A stretch of DNA of 55,507 nucleotides, taken from positions 1 to 55,507 of the forward strand of contig MQRK01187548.1 of NCBI GenBank assembly GCA_001938485.1. Direction: 5' to 3'. Below the pieces are notes generated by a model. It worked only from the letters and a program-made list of their open reading frames with translations, searched no databases and was not told the origin of the DNA. The stretch is from Girardia tigrina (lineage: Eukaryota). Position 1 is the stretch's first letter. The number at the start of each line of letters is the position of its first letter. A program made the translations under genes and the position numbers. Positions 12,352-24,555 of the stretch are shown one piece after another.

Positions 12352-12699
12352 AAATTGTGTGCGAATGAATTCCGACGACAGTTCTACAACATTTTTTTTG
12401 GTTAATGTGATGGTGAGCCTCATTTTTATTTTATTTTTTTTGTAATTGGTCTTTCTCACTCTGTTTGTGTGTTTTGAGCCAGTGAAATGTGTTGTGTATC
12501 ATGAAATGAAAATATGTGTGTATGTTTGCCCAATGGCGAACAAGTGTGTATGTATGTTGGAGAGAAAAGTCATTGTAAAAAGACATTTTAAAAAAAAAAT
12601 TAACTGAGTTCAAATAAAATTTTTGAATTTGACGAGTCTTTTCCTTTTTGAATTAATAAAAGGCAAAATAAAAAAAATTAAAAAAAGTTAAATTCTTCT

Positions 12700-13773
12700 A
12701 TGGAAATTCAATTGAATCTTGATGATGTTTCCCAACGAATTAAATGTATCCAACTGTTAATTGAGTTCTTCCATAAAGACGTCGAACACATCGAAGAAGT
12801 TCTCGACGGAATAATAAATAGTTTATTAGTGATTTTGAATTGTCGGGAGAATTTGTTTGACCAAATTAAAATAGAAATAATCGATAAAATTTGTCTGATT
12901 AAGGTGTTTTTGAAAAGTGTCACCTGGTATTTGAATATGACCATTAAAAATGAATTTCACACCAAAATGATTAATTTTGTCAATTCCTTGATTCGATTGT
13001 CGATGAGACAGGGATTGGCCGTTTATCTATCGATCATTGATGGCGTTTTTGTCAGTTTTGGAGAACTATTAAATTGTGTTTCTATCATTCAAATCGCAGA
13101 AATAGATAGTAAAATCGTTGTGGTGGAGTCGATGCCAGATTTNNNNNNNNNNNNNNNNNNNNNNNNNNNNNNNNNNGATGATTTGCTTGCGTTTTTGAAA
13201 GTCGGTGATTCCCGAGCCAAATCTGTTGTGATCGGTTGTTTGTTTCAAATTTTTGATGCTCAAGGATTGCATGGATTGAAGGATCAATCATCTTTAAAGC
13301 CAAAAGTGGTTATGTTAATGGCCAGCTTATTTATTGAGTTTTCCAGAGTCGTAATCAGTTTTGAATGCGATTTGATAACAACAATGGATTCCGGTTGTGT
13401 TTTCAATTTCGAGGCTTTAGAGAGAGAGTGTTTTGCATTGTTTGCATTGTTGATGAGCGCCAACAATGACAATGGTTTGTCCTTATTTAATTTTTTCCAA
13501 AAAGTTGAAGGACTCTTGCAATGGATGCAAAATGATAATAATNNNNNNNNNNNNNNNNNNNNNNNNNNNNNNNNNNNNNNNNNNNNNNNNNNNNNNNNNN
13601 NNNNTATTAAAGTGAAAACAAATAAAGATATGAAATTCCTGTTTGATATAATTTTGAAATCTTTTGATCACATTTCTCAAAATATACAATTTAAAAAATT
13701 AAGAACCTCTGCGGAGATACAACAACCGTCTTTGTTAAAACTTTCGTACGATTGCATCCGTCTAATTAATTAA
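12700..13773 (+). CDS. Helical-repeat protein resembling the N-terminal HEAT region of ATR kinase
   Basis: 357-aa ORF (with two gaps). Segments IINSLLVIL...IIDKICLIKVFLKS and FLKVGDSRAKSVVIGCLFQIFDAQGL resemble, from memory, ATR N-terminal IITRLLRIA...ICEVICSLLFLFKS and LLEYGSPKIKSLAISFLTELFQLGGL. Confidence 0.5.
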   Translation: MEIQLNLDDVSQRIKCIQLLIEFFHKDVEHIEEVLDGIINSLLVILNCRENLFDQIKIEIIDKICLIKVFLKSVTWYLNMTIKNEFHTKMINFVNSLIRLSMRQGLAVYLSIIDGVFVSFGELLNCVSIIQIAEIDSKIVVVESMPDXXXXXXXXXXXXDDLLAFLKVGDSRAKSVVIGCLFQIFDAQGLHGLKDQSSLKPKVVMLMASLFIEFSRVVISFECDLITTMDSGCVFNFEALERECFALFALLMSANNDNGLSLFNFFQKVEGLLQWMQNDNNXXXXXXXXXXXXXXXXXXXXXIKVKTNKDMKFLFDIILKSFDHISQNIQFKKLRTSAEIQQPSLLKLSYDCIRLIN

Positions 13774-14617
13774 AAACTTTAATCTTATTAACTACACAAA
13801 TGGAGAATTACATTAATTGTTAAAATATTTATTCCAAATTTAATTGGTTAAAAATAATTCAATTTATTTATTTAAAAATTGTAAATAAAATGAATAAACT
13901 TATTTAAAATTTAAATAACTAACTTCAAAATTAAATTAATATATCATAATTAATATATCTAAAATACTTTTAAAAATAATTAAAATTATTTTTGTTATTT
14001 ATATTATAAATTATTTTTAAATCGAATTGTAAATAAATTGTAATTTAAATTTGTTTAAATAATAAGACATTTGGAAATATAATTAAATATAATCAATCAA
14101 GAATGATGACTAGCTAGTGGAAATCCTAGTGGAAATTCAAGTTGTGATATCAATAAATGTATTGAAAATTCAATTAGTGTTTTTAATACAAATTATAATA
14201 ATTAAAGTATTAATCATCCATCTGGGTTGGGGAGACACAATTACAAATCAGCGCACAACATTTAAACATAAAACATCAAATATTCAAAATATTCCTTAGA
14301 TTAAGTAACAAAATAGTAATAGATTAAGTAACATAGATAAAGTAAAAAAAAATAGTTTCAAAATATTATTTAATAAATTATATTGCCTTAAACAACTTCT
14401 TAAATATCTCAAAACGAAAAGATGAAGTTAAAGAAATTACAAACACAAATAAATAACTTTAAATATCCGATGTCTATCACAAATAATAAATTTAAATAAA
14501 TAGGTGTCCATAATATGGTTTGGCGAGAATTAATATCCACTGGACGAACTGGTTCCAAATCGGCGGTCGTTGCAAGAAAGATTAAGATAAGATTAAGGAT
14601 AAGATTGTCTTTATAAG

Positions 14618-15036
14618 TGTAAGTAGCGTTTATTCCACTTTCATTATTATCAAATTCCGAAGTCATAATTTAACACCACAAAATTTATTAATATCAACAA
14701 TTCACATATTTAAACAAATTTCTTGTTAATTCAATTATTTCACCCCAAATTAATTCATTATATTTTTTCGATTAAATTTAGAAAATTTACGAAATTTAAA
14801 CCTTAAAATAATTCAAACATTTTTACGAAAATTTATCATAAAAACTAATTAATTTAAATTTACAATAAACCCTTTTATTAAAAAAATTATTTCTTAAAAT
14901 ATTAATCTTTTAATTATTTATTTTAAAATTTATTTGCTAAAACTTATTTCATAACTTTTATTAAAATATTTCAATTGTTATTACTGTAAACATATTTTAA
15001 ATAAGTATTTATTTTTTATCCTATTTTTACTCTACA
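14618..15036 (-). repeat. LTR-like element (TG...CA)
   Basis: Termini TGTAAGTA...TACTCTACA form a short inverted repeat; second copy at 292-645; no TSD seen. Confidence 0.5.
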
Positions 15037-16538
15037 TCTTAATTTTTTAATTTATTTCTTTTATATTTTTAGATTAAAAAAATAATAAACTATTTTGGCG
15101 AAACTTAAATTTAAACTAACCCCTCATTATAAGTTTTGTGAAGGAAACATTTTCTGAATCTTTGTTTAAGAAATAATCAGTAAAATTAATATTGATTGTT
15201 GACCGTAAATAAATCTCATATAATTTATAAATTTAATTAAAATATTTAATACTAATTATCTTATAGGGCTAATGATTTATTTATTTAATATTTAAAATCT
15301 TCATTTTAATTTTCTTTTTTCCCATTATAAATTTATAATTATAATTATAATTCCTGATTCTTTTTCTCTTTCTTTCCTTCAAACAAATTCCTTCGAGATT
15401 AATGTAATTGCTCAAGATTCTTTTTATTAGTAGACTCTTTCGACAATCAGTCATTCTGCCCTCTCTATCCATCCATTCTTAAGGAAATGCAGCACAAACC
15501 CTCTGGCCATCACTTTCTCTGGAAGTGGAGACCAAGAATAACAAGACCGGTAACGGCTGACACAGTTCCAAACAAAATGTTTTTTTTCTTCATGAATGAC
15601 AAATGGAAAAAAATAAATAAAAACAATATACCAAAAAAAAACAATATTCAAGTTCTCAACATACGTAAATATCAAAACACGAAAAGTATAAATAAAAATA
15701 AATAATTATTATACAGATGAACATAAACGGTAACGCCAGGTATAAAATGTGTAAAAACAGGTCAATATTTTACCAGTTTTTATCTAGTACAAGTGGAGCG
15801 GAGAATTGCCAATTTTGACCGAACATTTATTTTGCCAGTTTCAGTATATCAAATAAAATATATTATTAAATTAATTAAATTAAATAAAAGAAAGTAAATA
15901 AATTAATAAAATAAATTAATCATAAATAAATTAAATAAATAATTAAACAGATTAAATAATGAGAATTGAGCTCTCTTTTATCTCGATAATCCTGGCACAT
16001 TGATTTCATTATTGAGCGTTTTTTAGGTTTGCCTTTTTATTTACTGTCGTTTTTGCTTTCGTCGATTGAGTCTTTCCAATTAAATTTTTAATACAAATTT
16101 TGGTCAGATTGAGGTCAAATTATGTAATCGCCAATCAATTTGAAAATTAATATTCGATCGATTGGTGAGCCTCATTGTTTTTTTGTTTTGTTTGCAAATA
16201 AATGGATTTTTTTCTGCATGTAAGTGTATGTGCATGTTTAAGTGTATGTTTGTGTATGCATGTGTTTGTGTAATGAGCCAATGAATGTAATTTGTGAATG
16301 ATATTTTAATTGATTGACTGTGTGTGTGTTATTTTTTTTAAATTGTGAATTATAATCACAATTTCAATTTTTCTAAATCAATTTTGTGTTTTTTAAAAAG
16401 GGAAGTGTTGATAGTGAGTGGATCGATCGAATCCAATTAAAAACAATTTAAAAAATAAAAGGTGTTTTGTGTTTGCTCTGTTTTGAACAATTTAAAAAAT
16501 ATTTGAATAAAAAAAATGGTGTCGTAAAAAAAATATAA

Positions 16539-17320
16539 ATGTCATTGGTATTGAATTCGGAAGAAATTGATCGTATTCTTGAACATTTAAAGGTTACCGA
16601 TAGAATTGCAAGGGAAACAAAAATATATTATTCCGACGTGTCTTATCTTTTGCATGTGTTTTGTGAGAGAAATAATGTTTCTGCTATCAACTTTCTGATT
16701 GGAAAGGGTGCCGATCTTAATTCTGATGGCATACATCACCGGAGACCGTTGTGGTGGGTGGTTTGGAATCAGAACGAGCAAATAGTTCAAAAATTCGTGA
16801 ATAAAAATTGTGAAATAAATTTTGTCGATAAAAAAACTGGCCCACACCATTAGATCTTGCGGTTTCTTACAAAAAATATCGAATTTGTCAACTGTTATTG
16901 AGTGCCGGTGCAACTTATTACCCTCACAACTCTTTATATTGCTTCGTTGAGAATTATATAAGTATCAGTGACGATGATTTTGAAAACTGTAATTATCGTA
17001 AACAAAATAATCTACCAAATATCGATATTATTGCATGTTGTGAAGATACTGAGAATATGAAAGATTCTGATGACCAAAATAATTCCGTAAAAATCGAATT
17101 AACATTTTCCAGCGATACTAAGACTGTATGTGTTAGTGAAAACTCTTGTGAATTTGAATTATGTAAACGAAATGGGATTCCGCTGAATATTTTGTTTAAT
17201 AAAATGAAAAGCACCTTTCAACCGACATGTAAAATGAGAAATAATTCTTCTCAGCCTAAAATATCATGGAGACACGGCTTCCTGTCCACAAGGATAATTG
17301 AAAGAGGAAGAGATGGCTAA
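16539..17320 (+). pseudogene. Ankyrin-repeat protein (about 3 repeats), frameshifted
   Basis: LLHVFCERNNVSAINFLIGKGADLN, RPLWWVVWNQNEQIVQKFVNKNCEIN and, across frameshifts near 16845-16880, TPLDLAVSY..IEFVNCLLSAGA. Confidence 0.75.
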
Positions 17321-18699
17321 GAATCCGCAGCACCGATAAGGGGTCCCATTCCAGCGCTTTTAACAATCATAATTATCAATTAATTGTTCGAGCATGTAAT
17401 TTAGAAACATAATTTAGTTTTAAAGAAAACGAGACTTATTTATTTATATTTTATCTATATTTTTATATATTTTTCTTCACGTTTTCACAAATAAAATTTT
17501 GGTGTAATTATATTTTTGTAAAAAATATATAAAATTATTCTATCCTTTATTTATATAAGAAAAAGAAGTATGAAAGTTCAAATTAAAAAGGTCAGAAAGA
17601 GGGTAGAAATACGTAGCAGTGTCGTTGCGGAAAGAATAAATGCGTAGCGATACGCAAATAAAAAGTAATATAAATAGAATCAAAGAAGAGTGCGACTCAC
17701 ACATTTTTACTTCTAATTTCAGGTAAGATCACCCATTATTCGACGAACGTGGATCCTTCCATTTTACAATCGGAGATATTGGGAAGAAGATTATCGCGAA
17801 AAGATAAAGAACAATTTTTCGAATAATCATTAATAAAAGGACAGAAATAAAACCAATTGGAATCAAATCAAATTGTTGAAGATCTTCCGAGAGTCGTGAG
17901 GACTCTAGATGTTATGTTAATAAATGTTTTTATAATAATTGGCAGTGCTAATTACAGACCGTACTCACAAAATCTTGGGAATAGAAGGTTGTGAAGATGA
18001 CTTGTTGCCTCTCGATTTTATCATGAAACGTTGCTTTTAACTTCTAATCTTTATTTTCTTTCACAATTTTTGTGTTTCCATTCGATTTTGAACTTTATTT
18101 TCCAATTTTTATAACATAAATTACTGAAGTTATGGAAAAATGATTAATTGTAAAGGTTTCATTTTGTCATATAATGATTATGTTGAATTACTAAGTACAT
18201 TATGTTTCTTCCGTAAAATGCCTCAAACTTTTTTCACAAATAAAGCTCGTTGTCCTAATGTTACTCGAACTGCATGACATAAGCCGAATGTTGAAACGAG
18301 TTTTACTTATTGACATTGTTCGACCCTTACTTTATGGTGTGAAAATCTCAATTTGTTTTGTACAATAACACTTATAGAATATTAACAAGTGTGATTAAGT
18401 TGAGATAACTATTGACGCTGACCCCATTGACATTTTATTTTTAACCATTTTTTAAAATATTACGTTTTTAATGCGCAGGATGTGACCAAATTAGGGCTAC
18501 ACTTAACACTTAAACATTTTTCTTTCACTTGAAAATTAAAAATTTATTTACACATTATATTTAAATATTAAACATTTTACGTTTAATCGGATGCCTACTA
18601 CTGCTCCCGTAATCCATTGCAAACTGTATTGGAGTATAGGTAAGAGGAATTCATTTTACTAAAGATATAGCCGAATTTCACCATGGTTTTTAAAATTAA

Positions 18700-18920
18700 C
18701 CCATTTGGTACCAAATTTTTTATTTCAGATTTTATACTTAAGTGTATTTAGTTGATAATACGGATTATCACCTTAGTCTAAAAGGTAATATCATACAATA
18801 ATATTTTTTGTTTAAATAATAAATACCATTTGGCTGACTGGACTGAAAGATTTCATCTCCTGAAATGTATAACAAAAATTAAAAAATCAAACTCAAAGGT
18901 CGTCATTTGACAACGCTGGG
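18700..18920. mobile_element. piggyBac-like MITE
   Basis: TTAA-CCCA...TGGG-TTAA with imperfect TIRs. Confidence 0.5.
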
Positions 18921-19057
18921 TTAAATAAGTCACTCGTATTAGTTACAAATTATGATTGCTACAAATTATGCCTCTTACAGGAAAAGGTCAATATAAAAGA
19001 TTAATGCAAATTCCACAGACCTCATTGATGCACTATTGAACCCGTATTGTGCGAGTA

Positions 19058-19439
19058 ACCCGACAAATGCGCTAAAAAAGGGATGACATAAATGTTTTTG
19101 AATTTTTTTATCATTAATTAATTAATGCTAAAAATATTTTTGAAATATGAATTTAATAAAATGAACAAGAAGATAAAAAAACAAATTCATTATCAATTAA
19201 ATATATATCCAAAAGACAATCTAAATTCCACTAAATATACGCCTGACAAATCCTGTACATGGCGGCAATGATCGACCAATGTGTAAATTGTAGAATGATG
19301 ACAAGCAACAGATGACTGAACTGCATTATGCCTCAACTGAATTACTTTCAAATACATTTATTAAATTTAAAATTTAAATTCAAAAATTATTTTTAGCATT
19401 ATCGAATCAATAATAAAAAAATTAGCGCATTTGTCGGGT
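19058..19439. mobile_element. MITE with 18-bp perfect TIRs and longer imperfect subterminal IRs
   Basis: ACCCGACAAATGCGCTAA / TTAGCGCATTTGTCGGGT; TSD unclear. Confidence 0.7.
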
Positions 19440-20125
19440 CATTAATTGTGCGACGTACATACTTTACAACAATCTTTGCGGGATGTATTGAAATACAAAA
19501 TATTGTTGTATTAATATAGAAGTTAAGTGAAGCTATAATTATTACAAGAGTATCTAAAATTAATACGATATTAATAACGCCAAGGGGAAAGTTGTGTTAT
19601 AATAAACTAAGAAAGTGGATTGGGGTAGTACTGACCCAAAGATTTTGTGTCTTCTTGAATTGAAAGACATTACATTTGGTGAAGTTCATTTTTAATGTAA
19701 TTCTGTCAGAAGAAATTTGAATAAAGTAACTGAGCAGGAACGTATTCTCCTTCCTCCTCACTACTTTAAATCAAAACAAATTTAATGACATTCACTTCAC
19801 ATATAAAAAAAGCATCTTGATGCGGATTGTTGAGCATGAAGGAAATTATAACATCAAAGAACATTGTGATTAATTACACAAGATTGAAGAGTAAAAATAT
19901 CACAACATTCATTATTGTGTAATTTATCTTGAAATGTCAAAGTAACTTTTAAATTAAAATAAAGATTTTATCCTTAAAGTTGGCTGACTCTCTTCTCGAA
20001 TTTTATCAAATGAATTTTCCCTTTACTTCTCTGACATAATTGTGTTTACTCACTAATGTGATTTGAATGCCTAAGAAACTTACCAATTTTGAAATTAGTG
20101 AAAATAAAACGTTATATGAAATATA

Positions 20126-20714
20126 CAGTCAGGTACAAAAGTTTGCATACGCTTGTTTCTATACTTCTTTTTGTTGTTGCACTGCATGTTTGTGTATTCC
20201 TTGTTAAGTATACATAAACAATTTAAATGATTAAATGCATATTTTATTTTTATTACTTTTCAAGTTATATATTTTCATTATTTATTTTAGAATCATGCCT
20301 GTCCACGGCAAGGAGCTAACAACAGAACAGCGTGCAGCAGTTTTGGCATTGCAGAAGCACGGCGTTTTTTATAGACAAATAGCAACAACTCTTAATGTTT
20401 CTCTTGGAGTTAAGTGTCAGACTGTTCAGAGAGAAAGGGAGACTGGTTCCTTATGTTCAAGATCTGGTCGTCCAAGGTCAACAAGTCAAAGAGACTGGTT
20501 AAAATATTAATATTAATTATCAATACACAAAATACTAAAAATACATTGGTTTTTCGTGGTTTATGTGCCAGTTATGACAAGTTTTGATAAATTTTTGTCT
20601 TATTATAATGTTCTAATAAAATCTTTGTATTTTGGTATGCTTTTGTCAACATAATTGCAGTTGGTATAAAAGAAAATTTAACCACAAGCGTTCACACACT
20701 TTTGCACCTGACTG
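20126..20714 (+). mobile_element. Tc1-like internally deleted element
   Basis: TA-CAGTCAGGTACAAAAGT...ACTTTTGCACCTGACTG-TA; N-terminal transposase HTH fragment MPVHGKELTTEQRAAVLAL...RSGRPR. Confidence 0.85.
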
Positions 20715-21424
20715 TAATACCGACTAATTATTATCCAAAGTACGTTAACTGATTCGACATCAAGCTACATTTTATCAAGTTGACCGATTATCACACTAAC
20801 ACACATCTAATTACAAGTAACTATACTATTTTATCGTTTTGTTATATCTTCAATTCGTCCAACACTTTGATCCAGAATTGGATTTCTTCATTTTACAACA
20901 TTATCTCTCAGCTTATTAATGCTTGTATTACTGCGTTATAACATTGAAATTTATATTTTTATTAATATTAACGAATTCATTTTTTGTATTCGTAAATCTT
21001 TTATAACATGGTAGTGAATATTGTTCGCCATTATCTATCATGAACCAGAATATTACTACAGATACATTTAATACGACCATTGTTGGTGTCCCAGGTACTT
21101 GGGCCAGCCAGTCAACAAAGGCGTTACAGTTGATCGGCTTGAAGAACACACCATGTCATTTTTTTTAATGTCATAAAATTGGTTGAGATTGGAAATTCGA
21201 TTATGTTGTTAGATGTTTTAATAAAATATGTAAAAAAGATTCTTCAATAAGAACTACTCTTTATCTCTCGGTCTGTGGGATATGTCTTAATAATTGACAT
21301 AAAAATAAGTCACATTTTCAAGACTCATTAATCAACATATACATGACCAGGCACCGGATAGTTTCAGTATAAATATCGCATTTGCATCACTTCAAGTATT
21401 TTGTTTAGTACTCCTCAAGTTGAA

Positions 21425-22607
21425 ATGTCGATAAACTCATTCATTTTACTAAGTAATATTTATTTTTTTTAATTTTCAAAATTTCTGTTTGAGTACATTT
21501 TTCATCATCAAAATATTTTTTTCAGCTATTCTTTTGAACAGTTTGGTTGTTTTTAAAACGGTCAATGGAACTACTAAGTTGAAGGTCTCGAAAAATTCTA
21601 CGAAATTTCCTCATCCTTTTAGTAGCCCATTTGATATTCAACTTACACCTCTTAAACCTTTAGTCAAAAATTTGAGCGATTGGAAAATGGATACGTTGGT
21701 AGTGAGACTTAGAGATAAATCAAATTCCGAGATTGAGAGAGCGACGTGTACATACGGGGGTCAATCTGGGACGTGTGATCATTTTCTCGGAGATTTCATT
21801 CAAATTCCTTCTTGGAACATCAATCGCAAAAAACATTATATTGCTTTTTATATTATGTTTACAAAACACTCAGATCGAATGTTTATAGAAATATACCAAA
21901 TCTCAGCTAAATCAAGACACGAGCTGGCCATAAAAACGGACAATCTAAAAGCGGAGAATATAATTTATAATTCTCAAATTTTGTTAAGTATTCCTCCAAC
22001 CCTTGACATGAGAATCAAAATGGAAGGGGATCGTCAAGATAAATCAGAGGAAGGAGAAATCGGGGTAATCACTTGTAGATCATATGGGATCATCTTCTCA
22101 ATCAAACCGGAAATTGTTAATAAAAATCAGTTCAATATTCTTTCTGAAAGTTATGATAAAGATAAAAATGAGATCGAATTGCGAATTCAACTCTCGATTG
22201 TTGATCATAAAGAGAAGGTTGTCTGTCGTTCAGGAAATGCAAAAGCTGAAGTCGAAATCAAAGTGTCGCGTATGAATCTATTTTGTAAATTGACATCAAT
22301 AATATTTTATGTACAGATTCTCCAACTAAAGTCATGGTTTACCCAAACGTAAATACAAAATTGAAAATAGGTAAACGTGTACTTTGTCGGTACGTAGACG
22401 GCTATCCGATACCAAATACGTATTGGTCATTTATCGAAGGACCTCAAAATGCTTTGAAATATTATGTGATTAGTAAAAACGGAAAGAACTTATATTTTAA
22501 AAACGAAGTTCCGAAAGATTCCAAATGGATGTTTAACTGCAGTGCTTCTTCTAGTGTATCAAAATTTAATGCTATATTAAATAGAACTTTACTGATGCAG
22601 ATCAACG
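21425..22607 (+). CDS. Spliced secreted/cell-surface Ig-superfamily protein; exons 21425-21452, 21526-22269, 22317-22607, 3' exons unresolved
   Basis: GT-AG phase-1 introns join in frame to give a signal peptide (MSINSFILLTILLNSLVVFKTVNG). Ig-like C...C pairs: ITCRS...VVCRSGN and LCRYVDGYPIPNTYW...FNCSASS. Donor GTGAGT at 22608. Confidence 0.75.
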
Positions 22608-22749
22608 GTGAGTATGAATATTGTAATAGATTGCGCAAACATTAAACCCTCTCGTAAATGTCAATAATGTAGTTTATTATATGTGCAATGTGTTTTTCTT
22701 ACATCCCTTCTACATAATAATTTCTGAGGATAACTTAATTTTATAATTA

Positions 22750-23135
22750 TTTTTTACAAGCTTTTATTACGTTTCATTTATTTGTCTGTCTGGATGCATC
22801 AAATCTTGTGATCGAAAATTCACCCACTTCTCGTTCACCTAGCGACATGAAACTTTCAGGACTGATGCATTCTAGGTGACAATACACTTTTTCACTGTCA
22901 CTGCTCATCTACCGCCTTTAGTTTGGCCGCAAAAGTAATTAAAGTGTCGTTCTCATGTTTTCCTCAGTAGTAGGCTTTGAAATTTGCTACATCTAAATGC
23001 AAATAGATAGCGGGTTTTCACCTAGTAGGCTTTGATAATTCAGTCAAAAAATGTGGGAAGTGGTTGATATAGATACAGAACCGTAAACATATGACAAATT
23101 ATAAAAGCTTGTACACCAAAAATTTTTTGGTATGG
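22750..23135 (+). mobile_element. Helentron-associated (HINE/DINE-like) element
   Basis: SubTIR pair TACAAGCTTTTAT (22755) / ATAAAAGCTTGTA (23101), TTTGTCTGTCTG after the 5' subTIR, 3' hairpin ACCAAAAATTTTTTGGT; related to 52690-53145. Confidence 0.55.
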
Positions 23136-23944
23136 TTATACTTAATTTATAATTATGATACATAATTCAAAATATTAGATTTAAAATATTATTTCATTCG
23201 AATCATAACTTTCGACAATTGATACTTGGTCACGGAATTATTTTCTCATACAAAACTAAACTATTTTTCAAAGGGAACGAAATTATATGGTTGAACAATT
23301 ATATATTTTCAAGTCGAATTTGTTCTATTCACACGACGGTTTCCCTGTTCATAATATGGCTCTTCATCTGTCAAAATTCAATTGACTGATATTTGGCTTT
23401 TGAACAATGGGATTTCACAAATAATCTATTTATTGTTCCTATTATTCTACTTCACATCTTTCTATTTTTGTGATATATATTGTCGATCATTTTTTATTCC
23501 TTCTGTTAGTTATTGTCATAAATAATATAATTATTAATTTATTATTATTATTTTTTATGTAAAATAATTATTATTTAAAGGAGGATTTTGTCATTTTTTA
23601 CTAATTTTAGGGGAGAACTGTTTTAATAAAAATTCATACAAAATGAAAAATGTATCTCATAATTACTGACTCTTTTGTTTTATATTATTGTATATACCCT
23701 TTGATATTTTTGTATCATAAACTTTAAAAATAATTACCCGTACAATCTTATAGTCTGTATTATACTTGTGGACTGTGCTATATGACTCAGACAAGTTAGG
23801 TACATACTTTCATTTTAAATTCAGAGTTTTTCATTTTAATTGATATTTCTTTCAATTATAAAGGATTATGTGATTCTATATTAACATTCAAAAATAAATT
23901 TTAATTATCATATTTATATTTTAAAAACGTATCTACCATTGTTA

Positions 23945-24390
23945 CAGTGCGCGCAAATTTATTAGTTCCGCTTACATTTTTTTACATTTTGGGCCTACTC
24001 TTTGCAAATAATGAGTCACTGCCAAACAAATGAATATATAATATATTTAAATGATAACATAATTACAGACATAAGAAATAAAAGCATACAAATAACAATA
24101 TAGAAAAAAAACAAATAGTTCATTTTTTGTAATTTAGAAAATTAGTATTTTGTTGGGCCTCCTTTTGCTTTGATAACTGCTTCGACTCTATTGGGCATTT
24201 GCCAAACTGATCAAGGTTTGTTGAACTGATGCGTTATGGTTCCAAAAATGTAAAATTCTTCCAATTAATCCTTGTTTTGATGTTATCGTCTCCTCCTTAA
24301 GCTTTCTTTTGACGATACCCTAAAGTTTTTCGATGGGGTTGAGGTCAGGACTATTCCCTGCCCATGGAAGTAACTGAATTTTGTTGTCTT
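23945..24390 (-). mobile_element. Tc1 3' fragment
   Basis: TA-CAGTG TIR; minus strand LPWAGNSPDLNPIEKL motif near 24325-24375. Confidence 0.8.
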
Positions 24391-24555
24391 TTATTATCTT
24401 TAATTTAAAATTTTAATATATTAATTTATTATGTTCTTTTTTTAAAAAATATTTTTAGATTTAATTTCAACCAATTAAATTCTTTATAATTAATTTTTAT
24501 TAACAGATTTTCATTTATTGAAAATAATTAGTTTGAAATAAATTCATCAAGAGAG

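Noticed and set aside
14409-14666. Small ORF MTSEFDNNESGINATY with an apparent homolog at 597-660 (MALEYDNNESGINATY)
   Set aside because: Similarity ends exactly at the ...CTTACA LTR-like terminus, so it reflects a shared non-coding repeat rather than a conserved peptide.
15720-15790. Possible Helitron 3' end (CGGTAACGCCAGG...CTAGT)
   Set aside because: The hairpin is weak, too far from CTAG, and no 5' end was found.
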